Part shown: one piece after another, positions 18,409 to 25,913 of the stretch
Layout of the letters: every line of letters starts with the position of its first letter
How positions within the stretch are numbered: position 1 is the stretch's first letter
Source: Sphingobacteriia bacterium
GTDB taxonomy: Bacteria > Bacteroidota > Bacteroidia > Bacteroidales > UBA7960
DNA: 64,000 nt
Reading direction: 5' to 3'
Assembly: GCA_011390785.1 (NCBI GenBank)
Contig: JAABRR010000015.1
Coordinates: 51,150-115,149, forward strand
Program-made: the position numbers and the translations under genes
The notes under the pieces: generated by a model
What the model was told of the DNA's origin: nothing
The model's database searches: none
Seen by the model: only the letters and a program-made list of their open reading frames with translations

Positions 18409-20190
18409 ATGAGCCCTTACAAAGTATCTCTTAAAATAAATAATTTATCAGTGTCTGTAGATGAAGGCACTACCATTCTGGAAGCAGCCCGCAAACTGAA
18501 TTTTAAGATTCCAACCTTATGCCACCATGATGACCTGTGCGTTGCAGGCAATTGTCGTGTATGTGTAGTTGAGCAGGTTGGTAACCGTGTTCTGCCGGCA
18601 TCTTGCGCAACTCCTGTATCTGAAGGAATGGAAATTCTTACCAATAGCATGAAGGTAAGACAGGCCCGTAAACATATTATTGAATTGCTACTTTCTGAAC
18701 ATAATGCTGAATGTACCATTTGCTATAAAAATGGCAATTGTGAATTGCAGGAATTGTCAAACGAATACAGAACAGGAAACCGTATGTTTCTTGATGTTCT
18801 AAAGAAATCTGCGGTTGATATTTCTTCACCGTCAATAGAAAAAGACGATTCAAAATGTATCCGCTGTCAGCGATGTGTCAGAACATGTTCCCAGCTGCAG
18901 GCTGTAAGTGCCCTTGGTGTTATCAACAAGGGAAAAGATATGAAAATATCTACCTTCCTTAATAAGCCTATGAACGATGTAGTTTGTACCAACTGCGGAC
19001 AGTGCGTAAACCGTTGCCCCACCGCTGCCCTGGTTGAAAGAAATTATATCGATCAGGTATTTGATGCCATTTACGATCCGAAAAAATTTGTGGTTGTTCA
19101 AACAGCCCCGGCCACAAGGGTGGCAATCAGTGAAGAGTTTGGGATGGGACCCAACCGGTCTACCGGAAAAATGGTGGCAGCATTGCGCCGTCTGGGATTC
19201 GATAAAGTACTCGACACCGATTTTACTGCCGACCTCACCATTATGGAAGAAGGCACAGAACTATTGACCCGCCTTAAAGAAGCTTTGGTTGATGGCAAAA
19301 ATGTTGCACTGCCAATGATGACCAGCTGCTCTCCCGGTTGGATTAAATTTCAGGAACATATATTCCCGGAATTACTGGATAATCTATCAACCTGCAAATC
19401 ACCACAGCAAATGTTTGGCCCCCTGGCAAAAACATACTACGCAGAAAAGATCAATAAAAATCCTGCCGATATGGTTGTAGTATCTATTATGCCATGTACA
19501 GCTAAAAAATATGAAGCCGACCGGCCCGAAATGCGAGGAAGCGGCTATAAAGATGTTGATTTTGTGCTTACTACACGCGAAATGGGTATGATGATTAAAC
19601 AAGCTGGTATCGATTTTGAAAAGCTTAGCGACGAGAAATACGATAGTATTCTGGGAGAGTCTAGTGGTGCTGCAGTGATTTTTGGAAACACCGGCGGTGT
19701 TATGGAAGCTGCTATACGCACTGCCTATGAAATTGTTACAGGACGAGAAGTTCCTTTCACCAACCTGAATATAAAGCCTGTAAGAGGCATGGAAGGTATC
19801 AAGGAAGCATCTGTTAAGATTAAGGATGTGAAACCTGAGTGGAGTTTCCTTGAAGGTGTGGAACTTAAGGTAGCCATAGCACATGGTTTATCTAATGCAA
19901 AAGAACTGATGACCAGTGTTAAAAACGGCACTGCCAATTATCATTTCATTGAAGTGATGGGCTGTCCGGGAGGTTGCATTGGTGGTGGTGGCCAACCTAT
20001 TCCTACCAACATGGAAATTCGTAAGAAGAGAGCCGCTGCCATTTACGAAGAAGATGAGAAAATGACCATCCGTAAGTCGCACGAAAATCCCGAAGTGCAG
20101 GAAGTTTATGCATCTTTCCTTCACAAACCCCTTGGACATCGTTCTCACGATCTGCTTCATACTCATTATACTGCTAAAAAGCGTTATTAA
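18409..20190 (+). CDS. [FeFe]-hydrogenase catalytic subunit, M3-type architecture, L1 motif variant TSCSP
   Basis: N-terminal [2Fe-2S] region 'CHHDDLCVAGNCRVC'. 'HNAECTICYKNGNC'. Two 4Fe-4S motifs, 'CIRCQRCVRTC' and 'CTNCGQCVNRCP'. H-cluster motifs 'MMTSCSPGW', 'MPCTAKKYE' and 'EVMGCPGGCIGGGGQP'. Confidence 0.92.
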   Translation: MSPYKVSLKINNLSVSVDEGTTILEAARKLNFKIPTLCHHDDLCVAGNCRVCVVEQVGNRVLPASCATPVSEGMEILTNSMKVRQARKHIIELLLSEHNAECTICYKNGNCELQELSNEYRTGNRMFLDVLKKSAVDISSPSIEKDDSKCIRCQRCVRTCSQLQAVSALGVINKGKDMKISTFLNKPMNDVVCTNCGQCVNRCPTAALVERNYIDQVFDAIYDPKKFVVVQTAPATRVAISEEFGMGPNRSTGKMVAALRRLGFDKVLDTDFTADLTIMEEGTELLTRLKEALVDGKNVALPMMTSCSPGWIKFQEHIFPELLDNLSTCKSPQQMFGPLAKTYYAEKINKNPADMVVVSIMPCTAKKYEADRPEMRGSGYKDVDFVLTTREMGMMIKQAGIDFEKLSDEKYDSILGESSGAAVIFGNTGGVMEAAIRTAYEIVTGREVPFTNLNIKPVRGMEGIKEASVKIKDVKPEWSFLEGVELKVAIAHGLSNAKELMTSVKNGTANYHFIEVMGCPGGCIGGGGQPIPTNMEIRKKRAAAIYEEDEKMTIRKSHENPEVQEVYASFLHKPLGHRSHDLLHTHYTAKKRY

Positions 20191-20209
20191 GATTCTTCTT
20201 TTATTCAAA

Positions 20210-20248
20210 TTTTTAACCGGGGCATAATGGCCCCGGTTAAAAATTTTG
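20210..20248 (+). terminator. strong rho-independent terminator ending hydrogenase operon 1
   Basis: 'tttttaaccggggc' and 'gccccggttaaaaa' form a perfect 14-bp stem with a 6-nt loop, followed by 'ttttg'. Confidence 0.8.
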
Positions 20249-20552
20249 CACCCGCTAATTCGCAAAAACAATAATCCTTATGGGTTGTTAAAAATAAATG
20301 ATAAGTTTTATTAAAGAATTAATTAAGCATTCTGTTTGCAGTTTTTATATTTATAGCAGAAATTAATAATTTAATACAAACAATTTTTTCGTTATTCTTT
20401 ATTTATATTTGGTTATTTTATTGCATTTCAGTAAAATAAGTACATATCAAAAGAAAGCAGTTCCAATGATGCTGTTACTTGATTAACAGATGTTATTTTA
20501 TTAATTATTGCTATTTGTCAATTTTGTTAGCTTAGCAATAAAGAATTAATTA

Positions 20553-20560
20553 TATATTTG
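20553..20560 (+). promoter_or_regulatory. candidate -7 box (TATATTTG) upstream of rex
   Basis: TAnnTTTG match 34 nt upstream of ATG 20594. The inverted repeat 'tattgcta' (20506-20513) / 'tagcaata' (20533-20540) lies just upstream. Confidence 0.3.
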
Positions 20561-20593
20561 CTTCATTTGGGGTGTAATTAAATATTGGTGGTT

Positions 20594-21244
20594 ATGAGAA
20601 TAAAATCCGGAAACAACACAAATGCTTTGAACCAGATTCCCGAGCCTACCTTAAGGCGTTTGCCAGGTTATCTGAGTTTTTTAAAATCATTAAAGATCAA
20701 TGCTGTAGAATATGTCTCAAGCAGTCAGATAGCAGCCAATTTTAAAATGGATTCTACCTTGGTAACCAAGGATCTTGCTTACACAGGAATAAAAGGACGA
20801 ACAAAAATTGGATACAATGTAGATAGTCTGATCAATACCATTATTGCCTTTCTTGATTTTAATACACATGAAAAGGCATTTCTTTTTGGAGTGGGCAACC
20901 TCGGGAAGGCATTGATAAAATATCAGGGATTACGAAGCTATGGATTAGATATAGTGGCAGGCTTTGATATTGATTCGTCTGTAACCAACCAGATACTTAA
21001 TGGTATTAAAATTTACCCTATAGATGAGTTTCGCGATCTTTCGCGCAAAACAGATGTTAGGCTGGGCATCATAACCACCCCTGATGCCAAAGCCCAGGAA
21101 ATAGCCGACCTTATGGTTGCATGGGGTATAAAGGGAATCTGGAATTTTACCCCACAAACCATTAAAGTGCCTGATAATATTGTAGTAGAAAACACTTCGA
21201 TATACTCTGATCTGGCTGTTTTGCTCAATCGGCTCAACAATTAG
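20594..21244 (+). CDS. rex: redox-sensing transcriptional repressor Rex
   Basis: 'IPEPTLRRLPGYLSFL' winged-helix N-terminus, 'SSSQIAANF', Rossmann 'FGVGNLGKAL', and 'GIWNFTP'. The TTG at 20585 is an alternative start. Confidence 0.9.
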   Translation: MRIKSGNNTNALNQIPEPTLRRLPGYLSFLKSLKINAVEYVSSSQIAANFKMDSTLVTKDLAYTGIKGRTKIGYNVDSLINTIIAFLDFNTHEKAFLFGVGNLGKALIKYQGLRSYGLDIVAGFDIDSSVTNQILNGIKIYPIDEFRDLSRKTDVRLGIITTPDAKAQEIADLMVAWGIKGIWNFTPQTIKVPDNIVVENTSIYSDLAVLLNRLNN

Positions 21245-21385
21245 CAGGAGCCGAAACTCTCACTTTTAAACAATCCTTATTTATAATCATTATTTATTGG
21301 GAAACTTTTTATTTGCCCTTTCTTTGTGAAGTCATTGCTGGTTGTAACGAGCATCGATCTTTTTTTTTCGTGCAGATAATTTAAG

Positions 21386-21403
21386 TTGTGAAAAAAATAA
21401 CAA
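21386..21403. promoter_or_regulatory. candidate Rex operator (TTGTGAAAAAAATAACAA)
   Basis: It is an 18-mer compared with the Rex consensus TTGTGAA-N4-TTCACAA. The left half matches 7 of 7. The right half matches 5 of 7, or 6 of 7 against the clostridial TTAACAA half. It lies 29 nt upstream of the -7 box at 21432. Confidence 0.45.
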
Positions 21404-21431
21404 TATAATTGTTCGTTTACTCCTTTACGCT

Positions 21432-21439
21432 TATCTTTG
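21432..21439 (+). promoter_or_regulatory. candidate -7 box (TATCTTTG) of the sensory cassette
   Basis: TAnnTTTG match about 85 nt upstream of ATG 21525. The octamer is identical to the one at 25686. Confidence 0.3.
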
Positions 21440-21524
21440 CGGTATTAAACAGGAAGATATGGTCTGTTTAGTTTAATAATTGGCAAGTCCTTTCAATATT
21501 ATAACTCTCTTTTTTAACATCAGC

Positions 21525-21872
21525 ATGATGACCATAAAACAAATTTCCGAATTATTAGAAGCTACAATAGTTTGCGGCGAAGACCGTAAAGAGCATAAAA
21601 TTGAAATGGCATTTGCTTCAGATCTGATGAGTGATGTGCTAACGCTCAGTGATAATAATGTAATGCTTATTACAGGTTTATCTAATATGCAGGCGTTGCG
21701 TACCGCTGAAATGGCAGAAATACCTGCCATTATATTTGCCAGGAATAAAAAAATATCAGAAGAAATGAAAGAACTGGCTATTGAGAATGATATCATCGTT
21801 TTGGAGTGCAGATTTTCAGTTTTTAAGGTTTCTGGGATGTTATTTAATAATGGAATTTCCCCCGTTTTTTAA
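21525..21872 (+). CDS. DRTGG domain protein (copy 1)
   Basis: 'ASDLMSDVLTL...VMLITGLSNMQALRTAEMAEIPAIIF...' resembles the small DRTGG-type proteins found next to hydrogenase genes, and also resembles the paralogue at 23804. The ORF is open from 21480. Confidence 0.55.
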   Translation: MMTIKQISELLEATIVCGEDRKEHKIEMAFASDLMSDVLTLSDNNVMLITGLSNMQALRTAEMAEIPAIIFARNKKISEEMKELAIENDIIVLECRFSVFKVSGMLFNNGISPVF

Positions 21873-21883
21873 TTTTGTATTGT

Positions 21884-22300
21884 ATGCATTTCGAATACCA
21901 GATTGAAGGTGGAAATTTTACCCGTGCCGGTTTTGCTTCCAGCGAAATAAAAAAAATGATGAAGCAGCTGAATGTTGATATGGGTGTTATTAAGCGTACG
22001 GTTGTATCTACCTACGAAGCCGAAGTAAATGTAGTTGCTCATGCATTTAGCGGTACAATCTATGTTGATCTTGATGAAGAAAAAATTGTAATACAGTTGC
22101 AGGATCAAGGTCCGGGAATACCAGATATTGATCAGGCAATGAAAGAGGGTTTCTCTACTGCAAGTAGTGCTGTGCGCGAAATGGGCTTTGGAGCAGGTAT
22201 GGGTTTACCCAATATTAAGCGTAATGCCGACGATTTTCAAATTACCAGCGAGGTAAATAAAGGCACTAACGTAAAAATAACAATGTTCTTCAATAAGTAA
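21884..22300 (+). CDS. GHKL-type ATP-binding protein, anti-sigma-factor-kinase-like (HATPase_c_2 type)
   Basis: 'YEAEVNVVAHA' (N-box region), 'LQDQGPGIPD' (G1, DxGxG) and 'GFGAGMGLPNI' (G2). It has no HisKA/DHp domain. The TTG at 21875 is an alternative start, 2 nt after the upstream stop. Confidence 0.65.
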   Translation: MHFEYQIEGGNFTRAGFASSEIKKMMKQLNVDMGVIKRTVVSTYEAEVNVVAHAFSGTIYVDLDEEKIVIQLQDQGPGIPDIDQAMKEGFSTASSAVREMGFGAGMGLPNIKRNADDFQITSEVNKGTNVKITMFFNK

Positions 22301-22403
22301 TTATCTAAAAGGCCGGTTTTTATTTACCTTTTCAAAAACGACTAAATCAATAATCAATTTCACTCAACCATATCTCAACATATATTAAATCAGCTTTTAA
22401 GCC

Positions 22404-23783
22404 ATGGTAATGGACACAAAGTATTTTCATCACGCATTAAAGTTCCGTAAGGATGTTTGTATTGGTTGCTCGCATTGTATGAGTGTTTGCCCTACATATG
22501 CTATCCGTATTCGTGACGGAAAGGCCGATTTGCTTGATAATTATTGTGTTGATTGTGGAAGATGCTACAGAGCCTGTCCTGTAGGTGCAATTATAGTTGA
22601 ACAAGACGATTTAAGACAGATTTTCAACTACAGCAAAAGGGTAGCTATTATTCCTTCCGTTTTAATGGGGCAGTTTCCTTCATCAGTATCCATAACACAG
22701 GTAACCAGTGTTTTAATGGAACTTGGTTTTACCCATGTCTATGAAGTAGAACACGGTGTAGAAGTGCTTAAATCCCAGATGAGCGAATATATTTCAGAAA
22801 ACACTGACATCCGGCCTTTAATTTCAACATTTTGTCCGGCTATTGTGAGGTTGATACAGGTTCGGTTTCCAAATCTTACCCCTAATCTGATTCTTCTAAA
22901 GTCTCCGCTTGATATCGCTGCAGCTTATTACAACAAGAAACTTATTGATGAAGGAAATAAGGCAGAAGAGATAGGTATTTTTTATATTACCCCATGTGCT
23001 GCAAAAATTGCCGCTGTGAAAAGTCCGGTAGGACAGAAAAATTCTCCTATTACCGGGGTTATCAATATGGATTATATTTTTAATAAAGTTTATACCGCTG
23101 TTAAGCAGGGTTTTCCAGGTAAAGACTCTCGGATATTCCCATCACGCGACCCCTTAAAATCTTCCGGTATTACATGGCCTGCAACAAATGGCGAAGCCGC
23201 ACACATGCCCGGCAGAACCCTCGCAATAGACGAGATCAATAATGTTATAGAATTTCTTGAACAACTTGAAAATGAAGAAAATCAGGATATTGACTTTCTT
23301 GAGTTACGCGCTTGCGATGAAAGCTGTGCAGGCGGAATTCTTACCAGCAGCAATCGGTTTTATACTGTGGAAAGGTTAAAAAAGAGAGCGCAACGCTCTG
23401 AAAATAAAGAAAAGGACAATAACTACCGGTATGTAAATCCCGGACCTATCATTGAATATAAAGAATTTTTAAAGCAGAATCTGGCCATTAAAAAAATTCA
23501 GCCCCGATCCATGGAAAAGCTTGATGAAAATATTTCTTTGGCGATGAAAAAAATGGAACAGGTTCATGAGATATTAGACAATCTTCCATATGTAGATTGT
23601 GGTATTTGTGGCTCTCCCACCTGCAGTGTTTTGGCTGAAGACATTGTGCAGGGGCATGCAAATATTAATCAATGCATCTACGTTCAAAAAAACCTTGAAC
23701 AAAAAGGTGATCTAACTTCCTTGCAATCAATGGAAATCCTCAAAAAAATTTGGGGTAAAGATAAATTTGAAGATAAGCAATAA
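22404..23783 (+). CDS. [FeFe]-hydrogenase-like sensory protein: 2x[4Fe-4S] ferredoxin domain + degenerate H-cluster domain + C-terminal 4-Cys Fe-S domain; no PAS domain
   Basis: 'CIGCSHCMSVCP' and 'CVDCGRCYRACP'. The H-domain motifs are altered: 'ISTFCPAIV' (L1), 'ITPCAAKIAA' (L2) and 'ELRACDESCAGG' (L3), with all four cluster-ligating Cys retained. The C-terminus has 'DCGICGSPTCSVLAEDIVQGHANINQC'. Confidence 0.8.
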   Translation: MVMDTKYFHHALKFRKDVCIGCSHCMSVCPTYAIRIRDGKADLLDNYCVDCGRCYRACPVGAIIVEQDDLRQIFNYSKRVAIIPSVLMGQFPSSVSITQVTSVLMELGFTHVYEVEHGVEVLKSQMSEYISENTDIRPLISTFCPAIVRLIQVRFPNLTPNLILLKSPLDIAAAYYNKKLIDEGNKAEEIGIFYITPCAAKIAAVKSPVGQKNSPITGVINMDYIFNKVYTAVKQGFPGKDSRIFPSRDPLKSSGITWPATNGEAAHMPGRTLAIDEINNVIEFLEQLENEENQDIDFLELRACDESCAGGILTSSNRFYTVERLKKRAQRSENKEKDNNYRYVNPGPIIEYKEFLKQNLAIKKIQPRSMEKLDENISLAMKKMEQVHEILDNLPYVDCGICGSPTCSVLAEDIVQGHANINQCIYVQKNLEQKGDLTSLQSMEILKKIWGKDKFEDKQ

Positions 23784-23803
23784 ACTTAATCAATTAATGA
23801 AAG

Positions 23804-24136
23804 ATGACAGTAAACGAAATTAAAGAAAGACTCTCTCTTACAATTTTGGGCGGACAAAAAGGATTGAATAACCAGGTTTCTGGTGGCTATGTCTCAGACT
23901 TGCTTAGTGATGTAATGGGAAATGCTGATGCAGCCCAGGTATGGATAACCTTGCAAACCCATAAAAATGTTATGGCTATAGCATCGTTAAAAGACCTCGC
24001 AGCTGTTATTTTGATAAACAACCATCAGCCCGACGAAGATATGCTGGGGCAAAGTAATGAAGAAGGAATTCCTGTTTTGGCAACATCGCTTAGTGCTTTC
24101 GAAGTAACCGGCAAGCTCTACGAACTTTTAAAATAG
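23804..24136 (+). CDS. DRTGG domain protein (copy 2)
   Basis: 'GGYVSDLLSDVMGNADAAQVWITLQTHKNVMAIASLKDLAAVILIN...EEGIPVLATSLSAFEVTGKLYELL'. Confidence 0.6.
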   Translation: MTVNEIKERLSLTILGGQKGLNNQVSGGYVSDLLSDVMGNADAAQVWITLQTHKNVMAIASLKDLAAVILINNHQPDEDMLGQSNEEGIPVLATSLSAFEVTGKLYELLK

Positions 24137-24140
24137 CAGT

Positions 24141-24884
24141 ATGCAACAGTTTTTGGCCGATCTACATATCCATACTTTGCTTTCGCCATGTGGCGATCTG
24201 GAGATGAGCCCTGCCAATATTGTTGCCTCCGCTCAGAAGAAAAACCTTGATATTATTGGCATTGCTGACCATAATTCAACCAAACACGGGCCCCTGATTA
24301 AAAAACTTGCCGCAGCCTGCGGAATATTTACCCTTTGCGGTGCCGAAGTAACAACAAGGGAAGAAACTCATTGCCTGGCGTTCTTTGAGAATAATACATC
24401 ACTCAGTGAGTTTCAGGAATATCTGGATGCTCACCTGCCTAATGTTAAAAACGATCCTAAGTACTTTGGTTATCAGGTGGTTGTTGATGAACAGGAAATG
24501 ATTTTAGAAGAAGTGGAGAAGCTGCTTATTTCTGCCCTTAACCAATCCATTGATCAGGTTGAAAGAAAAGTACATTCGTTGGGTGGATTATTCATTCCTG
24601 CCCATATCGATCGGGCCAAGTTTAGTCTGGTAAGCCAGTTGGGATTTGTTCCACCAGGACTTAATGCCGATGCCCTTGAAATATCATTTAAAACCACCAA
24701 AGATCAAATGCTGAAACAGTTTCCCTATCTTAAAAATTTCAGCTTTATCCGTAGTTCCGATGCCCATTTTCCTGATCAGTTAGGTAATTATTCTACCATC
24801 TTTGAAATGGAAGAAGTAAATTTCGACGAAATTAAAAAAGCTTTAAAAGGTGTTGATGGCAGGAAGGTGATTATACAGGATTAA
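24141..24884 (+). CDS. PHP (polymerase/histidinol-phosphatase) family metal-dependent phosphoesterase
   Basis: 'ADLHIHTLLSPCGD', 'IGIADHNS', 'IPAHIDR' and 'SSDAH' are PHP metal-ligand motifs. Confidence 0.8.
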   Translation: MQQFLADLHIHTLLSPCGDLEMSPANIVASAQKKNLDIIGIADHNSTKHGPLIKKLAAACGIFTLCGAEVTTREETHCLAFFENNTSLSEFQEYLDAHLPNVKNDPKYFGYQVVVDEQEMILEEVEKLLISALNQSIDQVERKVHSLGGLFIPAHIDRAKFSLVSQLGFVPPGLNADALEISFKTTKDQMLKQFPYLKNFSFIRSSDAHFPDQLGNYSTIFEMEEVNFDEIKKALKGVDGRKVIIQD

Positions 24885-24969
24885 AAGTACATGTTTGATC
24901 AGGAATGCCGCTTACAGAATTATTTTCCAAAACCGTAAATCAACCACAATCCATTAACCATAATACTAA

Positions 24970-25509
24970 ATGAAAGAACTTTCACTACATGTACTTGATG
25001 TTATTCAAAATTCGGTGAGTGCCAATGCTGCCAATATTCATCTCATCATACATGAAAATTCATCTGCTGAAACCCTTACCATTATTATTGAAGATGACGG
25101 AAAAGGCATGGCTCCCGAAGTTCTGGGAAAAGTAACCGATCCCTTCTTTACATCGCGAACAACCAGAAAAGTAGGATTAGGAATACCCCTATTTAAGCAA
25201 AATGCTGAAATATCAGGTGGTTCCTTTAAAATAACTTCTCAATTGGGCAAGGGTACACGTGTAAAAGCCGTGTTTGGCCTTTCGCACTTCGATCGGCCTC
25301 CACTTGGCGATATTGCGGGTGTTGTTATGTTAATGGTAAGCTCAAATCTACATATCAATTTCTTTTATCAACACAAGATAGATCAGAAAATGTATGAGTT
25401 TAACACACCCGAAATAAAGGAGGTGCTTGAAGATCTGCCCCTGAATGACCCTGCGGTTATTCGTCACTTAAAAGAGATGATAAATGAGAATTTAAAAGAT
25501 TTAAGGTAG
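24970..25509 (+). CDS. GHKL-type ATP-binding protein (histidine-kinase-like ATPase, no DHp or sensor domain)
   Basis: 'LHVLDVIQNSVSANA' (N box), 'IEDDGKGM' (G1), 'DPFFTSRTTRKVGLGIPLFKQ' (G2 region) and 'GKGTRV'. Confidence 0.7.
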   Translation: MKELSLHVLDVIQNSVSANAANIHLIIHENSSAETLTIIIEDDGKGMAPEVLGKVTDPFFTSRTTRKVGLGIPLFKQNAEISGGSFKITSQLGKGTRVKAVFGLSHFDRPPLGDIAGVVMLMVSSNLHINFFYQHKIDQKMYEFNTPEIKEVLEDLPLNDPAVIRHLKEMINENLKDLR

Positions 25510-25659
25510 ATGAACAGAATTCGCAATATTCTATGTGTGTTAATTTTTGGTGTAGAGCTTACCTTAAATTTTCCCAATCTTGAAAAGAGATCTTTGTAAG
25601 AAATATTATCAGTTTTTGCCCATCAACAAAGTAGTTTGACAATGAAAAAATTGATAGAA

Positions 25660-25693
25660 TTTGTTTTAATTAAGCCGGAAAACGCTATCTTTG
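25660..25693 (+). promoter_or_regulatory. candidate promoter of hydrogenase operon 2 (-33 TTTG at 25660-25663, -7 TATCTTTG at 25686-25693)
   Basis: It matches the Bacteroidota TTTG / TAnnTTTG architecture with a 22-nt spacer. It implies a leader of about 215 nt before ATG 25914. Confidence 0.35.
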
Positions 25694-25708
25694 TACAATA
25701 ATTCACAA
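25691..25708. promoter_or_regulatory. candidate Rex operator (TTGTACAATAATTCACAA) overlapping the -7 box
   Basis: It is an 18-mer compared with TTGTGAA-N4-TTCACAA. The left half matches 5 of 7 and the right half 7 of 7. It overlaps the 3' end of the TATCTTTG box. Confidence 0.45.
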
Positions 25709-25913
25709 CTCTAATTTTTAAAAATTATTAATGTTGTTAGGTTTGGTTAAAAACTTGTTTATTAAGTGGTTATATCTTTTTTATTAAATTTCAAATGTGT
25801 TATGATCGTTAACTTAGATGCGAGATGCACTTCAAGAAAAACTAAAAAAGCTTCATTTATATTACAATTGAACTGATCCAATTTTTTGTTTTATTAATTA
25901 ATGGGAGAAAAAA

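Noticed and set aside
19471-19515. A 45-nt stretch of hydA1 is nearly identical (3 mismatches) to hydA2 at 29221-29265, considered as a gene-conversion tract.
   Set aside because: It encodes the invariant 'MVVVSIMPC.AKKYE' L2 region. Identical residues plus shared codon bias explain the match, and flanking DNA diverges immediately.
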